Assembly: GCA_002402325.1 (NCBI GenBank)
Contig: DHFQ01000099.1
Location: forward strand, 1-38,850
Direction: 5' to 3'
From: Candidatus Aminicenantes bacterium UBA4820
Lineage (GTDB): Bacteria; Acidobacteriota; UBA4820
Length of the DNA stretch: 38,850 nucleotides
The notes below the pieces were generated by a model. That model worked only from the letters and a program-made list of their open reading frames with translations. It did not search any database and was not told the origin of the DNA. Every line of letters begins with the position of its first letter. Positions within the stretch are counted from its first letter, which is position 1. Positions 9,987 through 18,311 of the stretch are shown in pieces. The position numbers and the translations under genes are program-made.

Positions 9987-9993
9987 ATCCTTT

Positions 9994-10812
9994 TTAAAGC
10001 GAACTAATACACTTCAAACTTTGTAAATTCTCCTTTACATCGTGAACTCTAAAAATTTTAACTCCTTTAAGAAAAGCATAAACATTAAAGGCAAGAGTGC
10101 CAGGAAGTCTTTCTTCAACCTTTGTATTTGTAATGTTTCCTATCAAACTTTTCCTTGAAGCACCAAGAAGCACAGGGTGCTCTGTTGAAACAAACTCATC
10201 AATATTTTTAATGAGTTTTAAGTTGTCTTGAGTACTCTTTCCAAACCCGATTCCAGGGTCAATTATGATTTTCTCCTTTTCAACACCAGAACCAATTGCC
10301 TGCTCAACTGATTCTTTAAGGCTCGATTTTACCTCTTTGACTACATCTTCATAAATAGGATTGACCTGCATATTTTTTGGTGTTCCCTTTATGTGCATCA
10401 AAACAATGTGTTTTTTGTATTTTGCAGCAATTTTAAGTATTTCTGGATCATCTTTGCCACCTGAAATATCATTAATAATTTCCGCACCCAGATTAATTGC
10501 ACATTCCGCCACTACAGATTTTCTTGTGTCAATAGAGATCGGAAGATTAAAATTTAATCTTTTAAGTTCATCTAAAATTGTAGAGATTCTCTTTTTTTCT
10601 ACTTCGGTTTCTACTCCATCGCTAAAGGGCTTTGTTGATTCCGCCCCGATGTCAATGATATTTGCCCCCTCTTCCTTCATTTTAAAAGCGTGTTCTATGG
10701 CTTTTTCGATTGAAAGATACCTTCCACCATCATAAAAAGAGTCCTCAGTTACATTTAAAACTCCCATAATCAAAAATTTTTCTTTTTTCAAAAGGTTTGA
10801 AACACTATCCAA
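9994..10812 (-). CDS. folP: dihydropteroate synthase
   Basis: 272-aa ORF with GVLNVTEDSFYDGG, IIDIGAESTKP and DPGIGFGK motifs. Confidence 0.93.
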   Translation of the reverse strand: MDSVSNLLKKEKFLIMGVLNVTEDSFYDGGRYLSIEKAIEHAFKMKEEGANIIDIGAESTKPFSDGVETEVEKKRISTILDELKRLNFNLPISIDTRKSVVAECAINLGAEIINDISGGKDDPEILKIAAKYKKHIVLMHIKGTPKNMQVNPIYEDVVKEVKSSLKESVEQAIGSGVEKEKIIIDPGIGFGKSTQDNLKLIKNIDEFVSTEHPVLLGASRKSLIGNITNTKVEERLPGTLAFNVYAFLKGVKIFRVHDVKENLQSLKCISSL

Positions 10813-10813
10813 C

Positions 10814-12691
10814 TTAAACCTGTTCCCCTTTTTGCTCTTCTTTCTTGTTTTTTAAAACGACACCCGCGATTTTCTTTCCCGTAATCTCCTCAAGTTCATC
10901 CTTTTCAAGAACCTCTTTTTCCTTCAGTCTTGCAACAAGTTTTTCAAGTATTTCCCTATTTTCAACGAGTATCTTCTTAGCCGTTTCGTATGCTGTCATA
11001 ATAAGAAGTTTTACCTCATTATCAATCTCTTCAGCAGTTTTCTCAGAATAGATACTCTTCGTTGTTCCCTCCCAGAAGTTTGCAAAGGCTGCCTTTTCAC
11101 TTTTTAAACTTAAAAGACCAACTTTACTGCTCATCCCCCACACTGTAACCATATTTCTTGCAATTTCTGTTGCCCTTTCAAGGTCATTTCCTGCACCGGT
11201 TGTTATGTTGTTTAAAAAAAGTTCTTCAGCCGCCCTTCCACCAAGTAAAACTGCAAGTTCTGCATCAAGATAACTTTTTGTATAGTTATATTTATCGTCA
11301 ATTGGAAGTTGTTGTGTAACACCAAGCGCCATTCCCCTTGGAACAATTGAAACTTTGTGAACAGGGTCTGCATCTTTTAGATTTAACGCCACAACTGCAT
11401 GCCCGCATTCGTGATAAGCGACGACTTGTTTATCATCTTCAGAAAGAATCATTGATTTTCTTTCCATCCCTAAAAGAACTTTATCTTTTGCATACTCAAA
11501 ATCTTCAATATCAACCTGACCTTTATTTAGCCTTGCTGCCCTTAATGCGGCTTCGTTCACGAGATTAGCAAGGTCAGCGCCTGAAAATCCGGGTGTTCCT
11601 CTCGCTATCAGTGAAACATCCACATTCTGATCTACCTTTATATTTCTTAAATGAACCTTTAGTATCTCCTCTCTTCCTCTCAAATCTGGTCTTGGAATCA
11701 CTATTCTTCTATCAAACCTTCCGGGTCTCAAGAGTGCCTGGTCTAAGACATCAGGCCTATTTGTTGCAGCGATGATGATTACTCCCTGATTGGTTTCAAA
11801 TCCATCCATTTCAACGAGTAACTGGTTTAGAGTTTGCTCTCTTTCTTCGTGCCCTCCTCCACTTATTCCCATTCCTCTATGTCTTCCAACTGCGTCAATT
11901 TCATCAATAAAAATTATGCAAGGGGCATTCTTCTTTGCCTGCTCAAACATATCTCTTACCCTGCTTGCACCAACGCCGACAAAAAGTTCAACAAATTCTG
12001 AACCTGAAATTGAAAAGAATGGGACATTCGCCTCACCTGCTATAGCTTTTGCAAGAAGTGTTTTTCCTGTTCCAGGAGGTCCCATCAAAAGAACACCCTT
12101 GGGAATTTTTCCTCCAAGTGCTTCAAACTTCTTAGGATTCTTTAAAAATTCAATTATCTCAGCAACTTCTTCTTCGACTTCATCCATTCCTGCAACATTA
12201 TCAAAGGTAACTTTGTTTTTGTCTGAAGTTATCATCCTTGCCTTTGATTTGCCAAATGATAAAGCCTTATTTCCCCCCGATTGCATCTGCCTTAAAAATA
12301 CAAACCAGAAAACAACCATTAAAATTACTGGAAGAAGGTAAAGAAAGATTATAAAATATTGTCCTGAAGAAGATTCTGAAGCCTTAACGGAGACGCCTTT
12401 TTTTACAAGCTCCGTAGAAAAATTTTGAAGGTCGGGAGGAATCGTGACATAATATTTTTTTGCCCCTTCATAAGGTTGATTTAACTCTCCTTTTACCATT
12501 GTTCCTTTGATAATTGCAGTTTTGACACCTCCTTTATCGGATAGTTCTATAAATTTTGAAAAACTTAATTCGGTCTCCTTTTCAAAATTTTTTCTCACCA
12601 TTGAAAATGCTATAAAAAAAACCAAAAATATCAAAATGATAATGAGTCCAGATTTCAATTGGTCGTTCAACTTTTTCTCCTTATAGTTCAA
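10814..12691 (-). CDS. ftsH: ATP-dependent zinc metalloprotease FtsH
   Basis: 625-aa ORF with an N-terminal TM segment, Walker A GPPGTGKT, Walker B IIFIDEID, the SRH region and the zinc motif HECGHA. A TTG at 12670, preceded by AAGGAG with a 6-nt spacer, is a better-supported start than the longest-ORF TTG at 12691. Confidence 0.96.
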   Translation of the reverse strand: MNYKEKKLNDQLKSGLIIILIFLVFFIAFSMVRKNFEKETELSFSKFIELSDKGGVKTAIIKGTMVKGELNQPYEGAKKYYVTIPPDLQNFSTELVKKGVSVKASESSSGQYFIIFLYLLPVILMVVFWFVFLRQMQSGGNKALSFGKSKARMITSDKNKVTFDNVAGMDEVEEEVAEIIEFLKNPKKFEALGGKIPKGVLLMGPPGTGKTLLAKAIAGEANVPFFSISGSEFVELFVGVGASRVRDMFEQAKKNAPCIIFIDEIDAVGRHRGMGISGGGHEEREQTLNQLLVEMDGFETNQGVIIIAATNRPDVLDQALLRPGRFDRRIVIPRPDLRGREEILKVHLRNIKVDQNVDVSLIARGTPGFSGADLANLVNEAALRAARLNKGQVDIEDFEYAKDKVLLGMERKSMILSEDDKQVVAYHECGHAVVALNLKDADPVHKVSIVPRGMALGVTQQLPIDDKYNYTKSYLDAELAVLLGGRAAEELFLNNITTGAGNDLERATEIARNMVTVWGMSSKVGLLSLKSEKAAFANFWEGTTKSIYSEKTAEEIDNEVKLLIMTAYETAKKILVENREILEKLVARLKEKEVLEKDELEEITGKKIAGVVLKNKKEEQKGEQV

Positions 12692-13196
12692 CCCATGTTA
12701 AATAGGGTAAATTTCTATATTTTTCTTCATAATCAAGCCCGTATCCAACTATAAACTTATCAGGAACCGCAAAACCTCTGTAATGGATTGGAACATCAAT
12801 TTTTCTCGCTTCTGGCTTATCGAGGAGTGTGCAAACCTTTATTGAATTTGTCCCCTTTTCAGTTTCAAGGTGCTTTATCAAATAATCAATTGTTATTCCT
12901 GTGTCAACGATATCCTCTATGACAAGAACATTCTTCCCTGATAAATCCATTTCAGTTGTGTATTTAATTTCGGCATGCTTACCATCAACCATACTTTTCA
13001 TCTGTATCAAAGCGATTCTTACATCACCTTTTATCTTTCTCATTAAATCAGAGAGAAAGGGGATACACCCTTTTAAAATCCCGCAGAGAATCAATTCTTT
13101 GCCCGCATAATCCTGTTCAATCTGCTTTGATAATTCAATCACCCTCTCTGCTATTTGTTTTTCAGTAAAAAGTATTCCACTTGCAAGCTTCATCAT
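12681..13196 (-). CDS. hpt: hypoxanthine phosphoribosyltransferase
   Basis: 171-aa ORF with the PRPP-binding motif [14 protein letters not shown]. Its ATG overlaps the tilS TGA as ATGATGA. Confidence 0.93.
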   Translation of the reverse strand: MMKLASGILFTEKQIAERVIELSKQIEQDYAGKELILCGILKGCIPFLSDLMRKIKGDVRIALIQMKSMVDGKHAEIKYTTEMDLSGKNVLVIEDIVDTGITIDYLIKHLETEKGTNSIKVCTLLDKPEARKIDVPIHYRGFAVPDKFIVGYGLDYEEKYRNLPYLTWVEL

Positions 13197-14143
13197 CTTA
13201 CCGCTCCTATTTTTTTTCTTTTGAGCCTTATACCTTCTTCTTCTCTGAATGCTACTATATTAGATGGAAGGGGGACAAACGCTCCTTTATTTGAAGTAAT
13301 CAATCTGGCAATTCCTTCAAAATGTCTTTTGTTCAATCCTTTCAAATCTCCTTTGAGCATCTTTAAGCCCATCCTGAAACTTTGAGTTGCATCGCTCAAA
13401 CTCATAGAAGAAAAAACTCTTAAAGGATAATATAATGAATTTCCATCCAATTTTGCAACTGATGGAGTTGAAACCTCTCTACTTTTAACTATCAAAGAAA
13501 GGCTAAAAAGATTTTCTACTATTGATGGAAACTCTTTTTCAAGTAAGGGCATTATTTTAATCCTCAATTTGTTTCTCAAAAACCTTTCACTTTCATTTGA
13601 TGAATCCTCAACATATTCAATGTTACACTCTTTTGCGACCTCTTTCAATTCTTTTGAACGAATTACAAGGCAGGGGCGGATTATATTTCCCGTTTTTGCC
13701 TCAATTCCTTTCAATCCTTCAATACCACATCCCCTTGCAATCCTCAAAAGAAGAGTCTCTGCCTGATCATCCATAGTGTGAGCGGTCGCGATAAAATCAT
13801 AACCTTCTTTTTTTCTGCACTTCTCAAGGAAATAATATCTCCTTTCTCTTGCCCATTCTTCAATAGATCGCCCTTTTTCTGGTTTTGATTTCAATTTGTA
13901 AGAGAAGAATGGTAGATTAAAATTTTTTGCGACTTTTTTTGAAACCTCTTCGTCTCTTAAACTTTCATCTCCCCTCAAGGAGTGGTTTATGTGACACAAT
14001 CCTATCTTCAAATTGAATTTCTTTTCTATTGATTGAAAAAGAGAAAGCATCCCGGCTGAATCACCTCCTCCTGAATAGGCAAGAAGGATTTTATCACCAC
14101 TTTCTAATGCGAGGCTTTTAAGCCATTCTCTAAATTTTCTCAA
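13193..14143 (-). CDS. tilS: tRNA(Ile)-lysidine synthase
   Basis: It has the PP-loop motif LLAYSGGGDS and lies in the conserved tilS-hpt-ftsH order. The longest ORF (to 14212) runs through the tRNA gene. The first in-frame start outside the tRNA is TTG at 14143. Confidence 0.88.
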   Translation of the reverse strand: MRKFREWLKSLALESGDKILLAYSGGGDSAGMLSLFQSIEKKFNLKIGLCHINHSLRGDESLRDEEVSKKVAKNFNLPFFSYKLKSKPEKGRSIEEWARERRYYFLEKCRKKEGYDFIATAHTMDDQAETLLLRIARGCGIEGLKGIEAKTGNIIRPCLVIRSKELKEVAKECNIEYVEDSSNESERFLRNKLRIKIMPLLEKEFPSIVENLFSLSLIVKSREVSTPSVAKLDGNSLYYPLRVFSSMSLSDATQSFRMGLKMLKGDLKGLNKRHFEGIARLITSNKGAFVPLPSNIVAFREEEGIRLKRKKIGAVR

Positions 14144-14150
14144 CGATTTG

Positions 14151-14227
14151 TGGTGGCGGTGCAGGGACTTGAACCCCGGACACAACGGATATGAGCCGTT
14201 TGCTCTAACCACCTGAGCTACACCGCC
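14151..14227 (-). tRNA. tRNA with CAU anticodon, either elongator Met or Ile2 (lysidine) type; not an initiator
   Basis: The reverse complement folds as a cloverleaf: acceptor GGCGGTG/CACCGCC, D arm GCTC-AGGTGGTTA-GAGC, anticodon arm AACGG-CTCATAT-CCGTT, T arm CGGGG-TTCAAGT-CCCTG, discriminator A and encoded CCA. G1-C72 is paired, so it is not the initiator. Confidence 0.93.
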
Positions 14228-14236
14228 TTTCTTAAA

Positions 14237-14265
14237 ATGATAAAATTTTCTTCTGTTTTTGTCAA
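14237..14265 (-). promoter_or_regulatory. putative sigma-70 promoter of the tRNA(CAU)-tilS operon
   Basis: On the minus strand: TTGACA (14265-14260), a 17-nt spacer, then TATCAT (14242-14237). It is 9 nt upstream of tRNA position 1. Confidence 0.5.
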
Positions 14266-14358
14266 ATTCAATCTTACTCCTTTAAACACAATTTACTCTC
14301 AACCTCTATTTTAACCGCTTTTTAAAAATTTGAAAAGTTTAAGAGAGGTTACCATTTC

Positions 14359-15834
14359 CTACATTTTAAATGCAGAAAGGAAGGCAAAGGTTAAAACAAT
14401 CATTATTACATCAAGGGTTATTCCTCTTTTTATCATCTCAGGAATGGTGATCATCTTTGAACCATAGACAATTGCATTTGGAGGGGTTGATACGGGAAGC
14501 ATAAAGGCAAGGGAACAGGCAATCGTTGCACCTAAAACGGGTGGTAATATTGGAACATTTGCGCTTTGAGCAATTGAAATTATTATAGGTATTATGATAT
14601 TTGCAGCCGCAGTGTTTGATATAAACTCCGTGAGTGCTACTGAAACCATTATTGAAAGAAATGTAAATAGCATTGGCGAAGGTTTGCCAAAAAGGTTCAA
14701 AAAGTTTTCTCCAAAGAATTTGGCAAGCCCTGTTTTAAAAATTAGATTGCCCATTGAAAGACCTCCCCCAAAAAGAATTAGAGTGCCCCAATCAATTGTC
14801 TCCACATCTTTCCATGAAAGGAGAGTCTTTTTTGAATTACTCCCACTCGGGATGAGAAAAAAGAGAATTCCTCCAAACATAGCAACTACAGACTCATTAA
14901 AGGTTGTAGAAACAATTTTTTTTGTATGAGGATTTGAGGTTACAAAAAATATGATTCCGGGAACAATCCACAAAACCACCGTTAAAAAAAAGATTGAAAT
15001 GGCTCTAATCTGGTCTTTTGTGAAGGGTTGTCTTTCTTTTTTTGAGAAAACAGTTTCCATTGACCGGGGGAATTTTATTGAAATTTTTAAGTAAAAAGCA
15101 AAAATGAAAAAGCCTGAAAGATAGAGAGGAAATGCAAAAACCATCCATTCAAAAAATGATATTTTTATGTTGGCAAACTTTTCAAGCATTGCAATGCCAA
15201 TGAGATTTGGGGGAGTTCCGACTGGTGTTCCAATTCCTCCGAGTGAGGCGCTGTATGCTATCATCAAAAGAATGGCAGGAGCAAGTTTCTTTTTAATAGC
15301 GGATGGAAAAGCGTTTAAAACCGCCAGCGCAATTGGATAAAAAATTGCAGTTACTGCTGAATTGGAAAGCCACATACTTAAAAATGAACATAAAAGAGAC
15401 ATTGACAGAAAAAGAAGAAAAGGATTTCTGGATAAAGTTCTATTCGAAAGAAAGACCCCTGAAATTCTTTTGTCAACTCCGCTTCTTTGAAGACCCTTTG
15501 CAATAAAAAAACTTCCCATAAATAAAAAAATTATTGAATCTGCAAAAGGAGAAAAAATTTCTCTAATTTCTATTACCTGAAAAATTGAGGCAAGTATTGG
15601 ACCTAAAAGTGCAGTTGCTGATAGAGGAATCGGCTCACATATCCACCAAACAACAATCCATAAAAAAATTGCAAAAACTCTTTTTGCTTCACCATTAGGA
15701 AAGGAAATTGGTGAAAGCAAAATGAAGATAAAAAGTAGAGGTCCAAGTATTAAACCGATTTTTCCTCTTAAAGTTCCTATTCCACTTTCTTCAAACTCTA
15801 ACTCTTCCAATAATCCTCCAATCCTATTATACAA
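14359..15834 (-). CDS. DASS/SLC13-family anion:Na+ symporter (sulfate or di/tricarboxylate)
   Basis: 491-aa polytopic membrane ORF with duplicated SNxA hairpin motifs (WLSNSAVTAIFYPIA and FISNTAAANIIIPI). The start is uncertain, either TTG at 15834 or TTG at 15810. A TATAAT at 15831-15826 lies inside the longest ORF. Confidence 0.82.
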   Translation of the reverse strand: MYNRIGGLLEELEFEESGIGTLRGKIGLILGPLLFIFILLSPISFPNGEAKRVFAIFLWIVVWWICEPIPLSATALLGPILASIFQVIEIREIFSPFADSIIFLFMGSFFIAKGLQRSGVDKRISGVFLSNRTLSRNPFLLFLSMSLLCSFLSMWLSNSAVTAIFYPIALAVLNAFPSAIKKKLAPAILLMIAYSASLGGIGTPVGTPPNLIGIAMLEKFANIKISFFEWMVFAFPLYLSGFFIFAFYLKISIKFPRSMETVFSKKERQPFTKDQIRAISIFFLTVVLWIVPGIIFFVTSNPHTKKIVSTTFNESVVAMFGGILFFLIPSGSNSKKTLLSWKDVETIDWGTLILFGGGLSMGNLIFKTGLAKFFGENFLNLFGKPSPMLFTFLSIMVSVALTEFISNTAAANIIIPIIISIAQSANVPILPPVLGATIACSLAFMLPVSTPPNAIVYGSKMITIPEMIKRGITLDVIMIVLTFAFLSAFKM

Positions 15835-15921
15835 CCTAAATTTTTAATTCCAACCAATTAGTTTTTAATAATGCTTTGAACTTATTTCTATTTTGTGAAA
15901 CAATATAACTTGAGGATAAAG

Positions 15922-16485
15922 ATGGAAGAGCATATAAAAGAAATATTGAAAATTTTAGGTGAAAACCCTGAGCGTGACGGATTAATTGCAACTCCAAAAC
16001 GGGTTAAAGAGAGTTTTCTCGAACTTACAAAAGGGTATAAAGAGAACATCTATGACCTATGCAAGGGTGCTATTTTTGAGGAAAAATCAAAGTCAATGGT
16101 TCTTGTGAGGGATATTTCTTTTTATAGCCTTTGCGAGCACCACCTTTTACCATTTTTTGGCAAGGCTCATATAGCCTACATTCCAGATGGTAAAATTATA
16201 GGACTCTCAAAACTTCCAAGAATAGTTGAGCATTTTTCAAGAAAACTTCAGGTTCAGGAGAGGATGACAGAAGAGATCGCAGAGACGATTTCATCACTCA
16301 TAAAACCTTACGGAATGGGAGTCTTGATTGAAGCGATGCACCTATGTATGGTTATGAGAGGCGTTCAAAAGGAAAATAGTATAGCGGTGACTTCATCTTT
16401 GAGAGGAAGTTTTTTGAGAGATGAAAGGACAAGGCTTGAATTCCTCGCACTAATTGGAAGAGGGTTTAAAATTCCAACACCATAA
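15922..16485 (+). CDS. folE: GTP cyclohydrolase I
   Basis: It carries the CEHHLLPF zinc/active-site motif and GLSKLPRIV...QVQERMT. The ATG at 15922 has a GAGGA RBS 5 nt upstream. The longest ORF starts at GTG 15895. Confidence 0.93.
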   Translation: MEEHIKEILKILGENPERDGLIATPKRVKESFLELTKGYKENIYDLCKGAIFEEKSKSMVLVRDISFYSLCEHHLLPFFGKAHIAYIPDGKIIGLSKLPRIVEHFSRKLQVQERMTEEIAETISSLIKPYGMGVLIEAMHLCMVMRGVQKENSIAVTSSLRGSFLRDERTRLEFLALIGRGFKIPTP

Positions 16486-16543
16486 ATTGAGATTTGTTGC
16501 AAAATTGAACTTTATGAGTTAAGATTTTCTATTGGTTGTTACT

Positions 16544-18271
16544 ATGATAAAAAAGATTTTGCCTATTTTACTTACTCTCTTTTTATCAATTAGAATTTCC
16601 TCAGCAGAGGATGTGAATTTCCTTTTAATAACCATTGACACATGGAGGGCTGATTACATCTCAGTTTCAGGAAGTAAAAAGGTGGAAACTCCATTTCTTG
16701 ATATGATGGCAAGGGAGGGAATCTATTTAAAGTATGTGGATACTCCCTGCCCAATGACCACACCTTCTCATGCATCAATTCTAACGGGACTATACCCAAA
16801 GAATCATGGAATAAGAGACAATAGAAATTTTAAACTTCAGGATAACATTATCACACTTGCAACTCTTTTTAAGGAAAAGGGTTATAAAACCTATGCTGTG
16901 GTTTCAGGTATCCCACTTTTAAAAAGGTATGGATTAAATAAGGACTTTGACATCTACGATGATGAAGATTTAGAAAAAGAAGACACTCTTGAAAATGCAA
17001 TAAAAGGCTCACTGAAATCAGGGGAACAGATTTCTGAAAGAGCATTAAAGATTTTACAAAATGAAAAAGAGAAAACTTTTCTCTGGATGCACTTTTACGA
17101 CCCCCACTATCCCTACAAGCCACCAGCGATGTTTGATTCGTTAAAGGATCCATATGCAGGGGAGGTCGCTTATGTGGACTGGGTTTTAAAGGATTTCTTT
17201 GAAAAACTTTTAAAGGACAATAAAAAGTGGATGGTAATTACCACTGGAGATCACGGAGAGGACTTAAATGAACATAACGAGGAAACACACGGAATCCTTT
17301 TGTACAACACGACAAGAAAAGTTCCCCTGATTTTATGGGATCAGAGCAAGAAAGTGAAAACATTTGGAAAAGGAGCGAAAAGTCTTATTGACATTTTTCC
17401 GACGATTGTGGAAATTTTTGATTTAAGAAACACTAATTGTGATGGGGAATCTCTTTTCAAAGACACACAAAGGGCATTATTTTCTGAAACATACTTTCCA
17501 TTATGCTTTGGGGCAAATCCCGGGTTCTCTTTTAAAAAGGAGGATTTTGTTTTTATAAAGCACGGAACTTCAAACGAAGTGTATAAAGATGACTTTAAAG
17601 AGGGTAAAAATTTTTATTCAAAGAATAAGGATTTTGTGAAAGAAGCTTTACGAGAAATTAAAAACTATTCAAAAGAGGATTTAAAACCAAATTTAAAATT
17701 GAGTGAAGAAGAATTAAAGACTCTTTCAAGTCTTGGGTATATCAGCTCTTCATCATCTTTAAGTAGTAATAAAATTACCGAATGCGATTTAAGAGAAGTT
17801 GCAAAAGATTTTACATCTTACACCCAAAAAGGGTGGGAGGTGGCTGAAAAGAAAAATCCACAAATAATTATAGATGAATATGATAGACTTATAAAAAAAT
17901 ATCCCTATGCCCCTCTGCTTCATTGTGATAAGAGCGGAATTTTGATAAGGATGAAGAGATATGAAGAAGCGTACAAGGAGTGTAATCTGTGTGTGATGCT
18001 TGACCCACAAAATTCGGTTGCAAGTTCAAATTTCGCTAATTTATTGGCAATGAGGGGTAAATTTAGGGAGGCAGAAAAGTATTATCTTATTTCTCTGACA
18101 ATTGATGAAAAACAGCCAATCACTCATTACAATCTTGGAATGATTTATTTTGAAAAATTGAACAACAAATCTGGAGCGGTAAAACACCTAAAAAGATTTC
18201 TTGAACTTGACCCACAAAATCCAAACTCTCAAAAGGCAAAAAAGATCCTCAAGGAATTGCAAAAAGAATGA
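16544..18271 (+). CDS. alkaline-phosphatase-superfamily (sulfatase-like) hydrolase/transferase fused to C-terminal TPR repeats; secreted
   Basis: It has a signal peptide MIKKILPILLTLFLSIRISSA, the metal/nucleophile region LITIDTWRADY...TTPSHASILTGLYP, and GDHGE. The C-terminal ~150 aa show the TPR pattern. The longest ORF starts at TTG 16532. Confidence 0.8.
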   Translation: MIKKILPILLTLFLSIRISSAEDVNFLLITIDTWRADYISVSGSKKVETPFLDMMAREGIYLKYVDTPCPMTTPSHASILTGLYPKNHGIRDNRNFKLQDNIITLATLFKEKGYKTYAVVSGIPLLKRYGLNKDFDIYDDEDLEKEDTLENAIKGSLKSGEQISERALKILQNEKEKTFLWMHFYDPHYPYKPPAMFDSLKDPYAGEVAYVDWVLKDFFEKLLKDNKKWMVITTGDHGEDLNEHNEETHGILLYNTTRKVPLILWDQSKKVKTFGKGAKSLIDIFPTIVEIFDLRNTNCDGESLFKDTQRALFSETYFPLCFGANPGFSFKKEDFVFIKHGTSNEVYKDDFKEGKNFYSKNKDFVKEALREIKNYSKEDLKPNLKLSEEELKTLSSLGYISSSSSLSSNKITECDLREVAKDFTSYTQKGWEVAEKKNPQIIIDEYDRLIKKYPYAPLLHCDKSGILIRMKRYEEAYKECNLCVMLDPQNSVASSNFANLLAMRGKFREAEKYYLISLTIDEKQPITHYNLGMIYFEKLNNKSGAVKHLKRFLELDPQNPNSQKAKKILKELQKE

Positions 18272-18281
18272 ATATTTTAAC

Positions 18282-18308
18282 AAAAGGGCGGCTTGAAGCC
18301 GCCCTTTT
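18282..18308. terminator. bidirectional intrinsic terminator between convergent genes
   Basis: AAAA-GGGCGGC-TTGAA-GCCGCCC-TTTT: a 7-bp GC stem flanked by A and T runs. Confidence 0.7.
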
Positions 18309-18311
18309 ATT

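Noticed and set aside
11790-12341. 183-aa plus-strand ORF, and the 124-aa ORF at 10361-10735
   Set aside because: They are antisense to the unmistakable ftsH and folP coding sequences. The compositions are low-complexity and Ser/Phe/Ile-rich, typical of antisense frames in AT-rich genes.
14144-14212. N-terminal 23 codons of the longest tilS ORF (GTG at 14212)
   Set aside because: This stretch is the reverse-strand tRNA(CAU) gene read as protein. A CDS overlapping a complete tRNA on the same strand is implausible, so tilS was trimmed to TTG at 14143.
15895-15902. GTGAAACA, half of a parS-like site, in the DASS/folE intergenic region
   Set aside because: Only one half-site is present and the left half does not match TGTTTCAC. 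I found no full parS palindrome anywhere in the window by eye.
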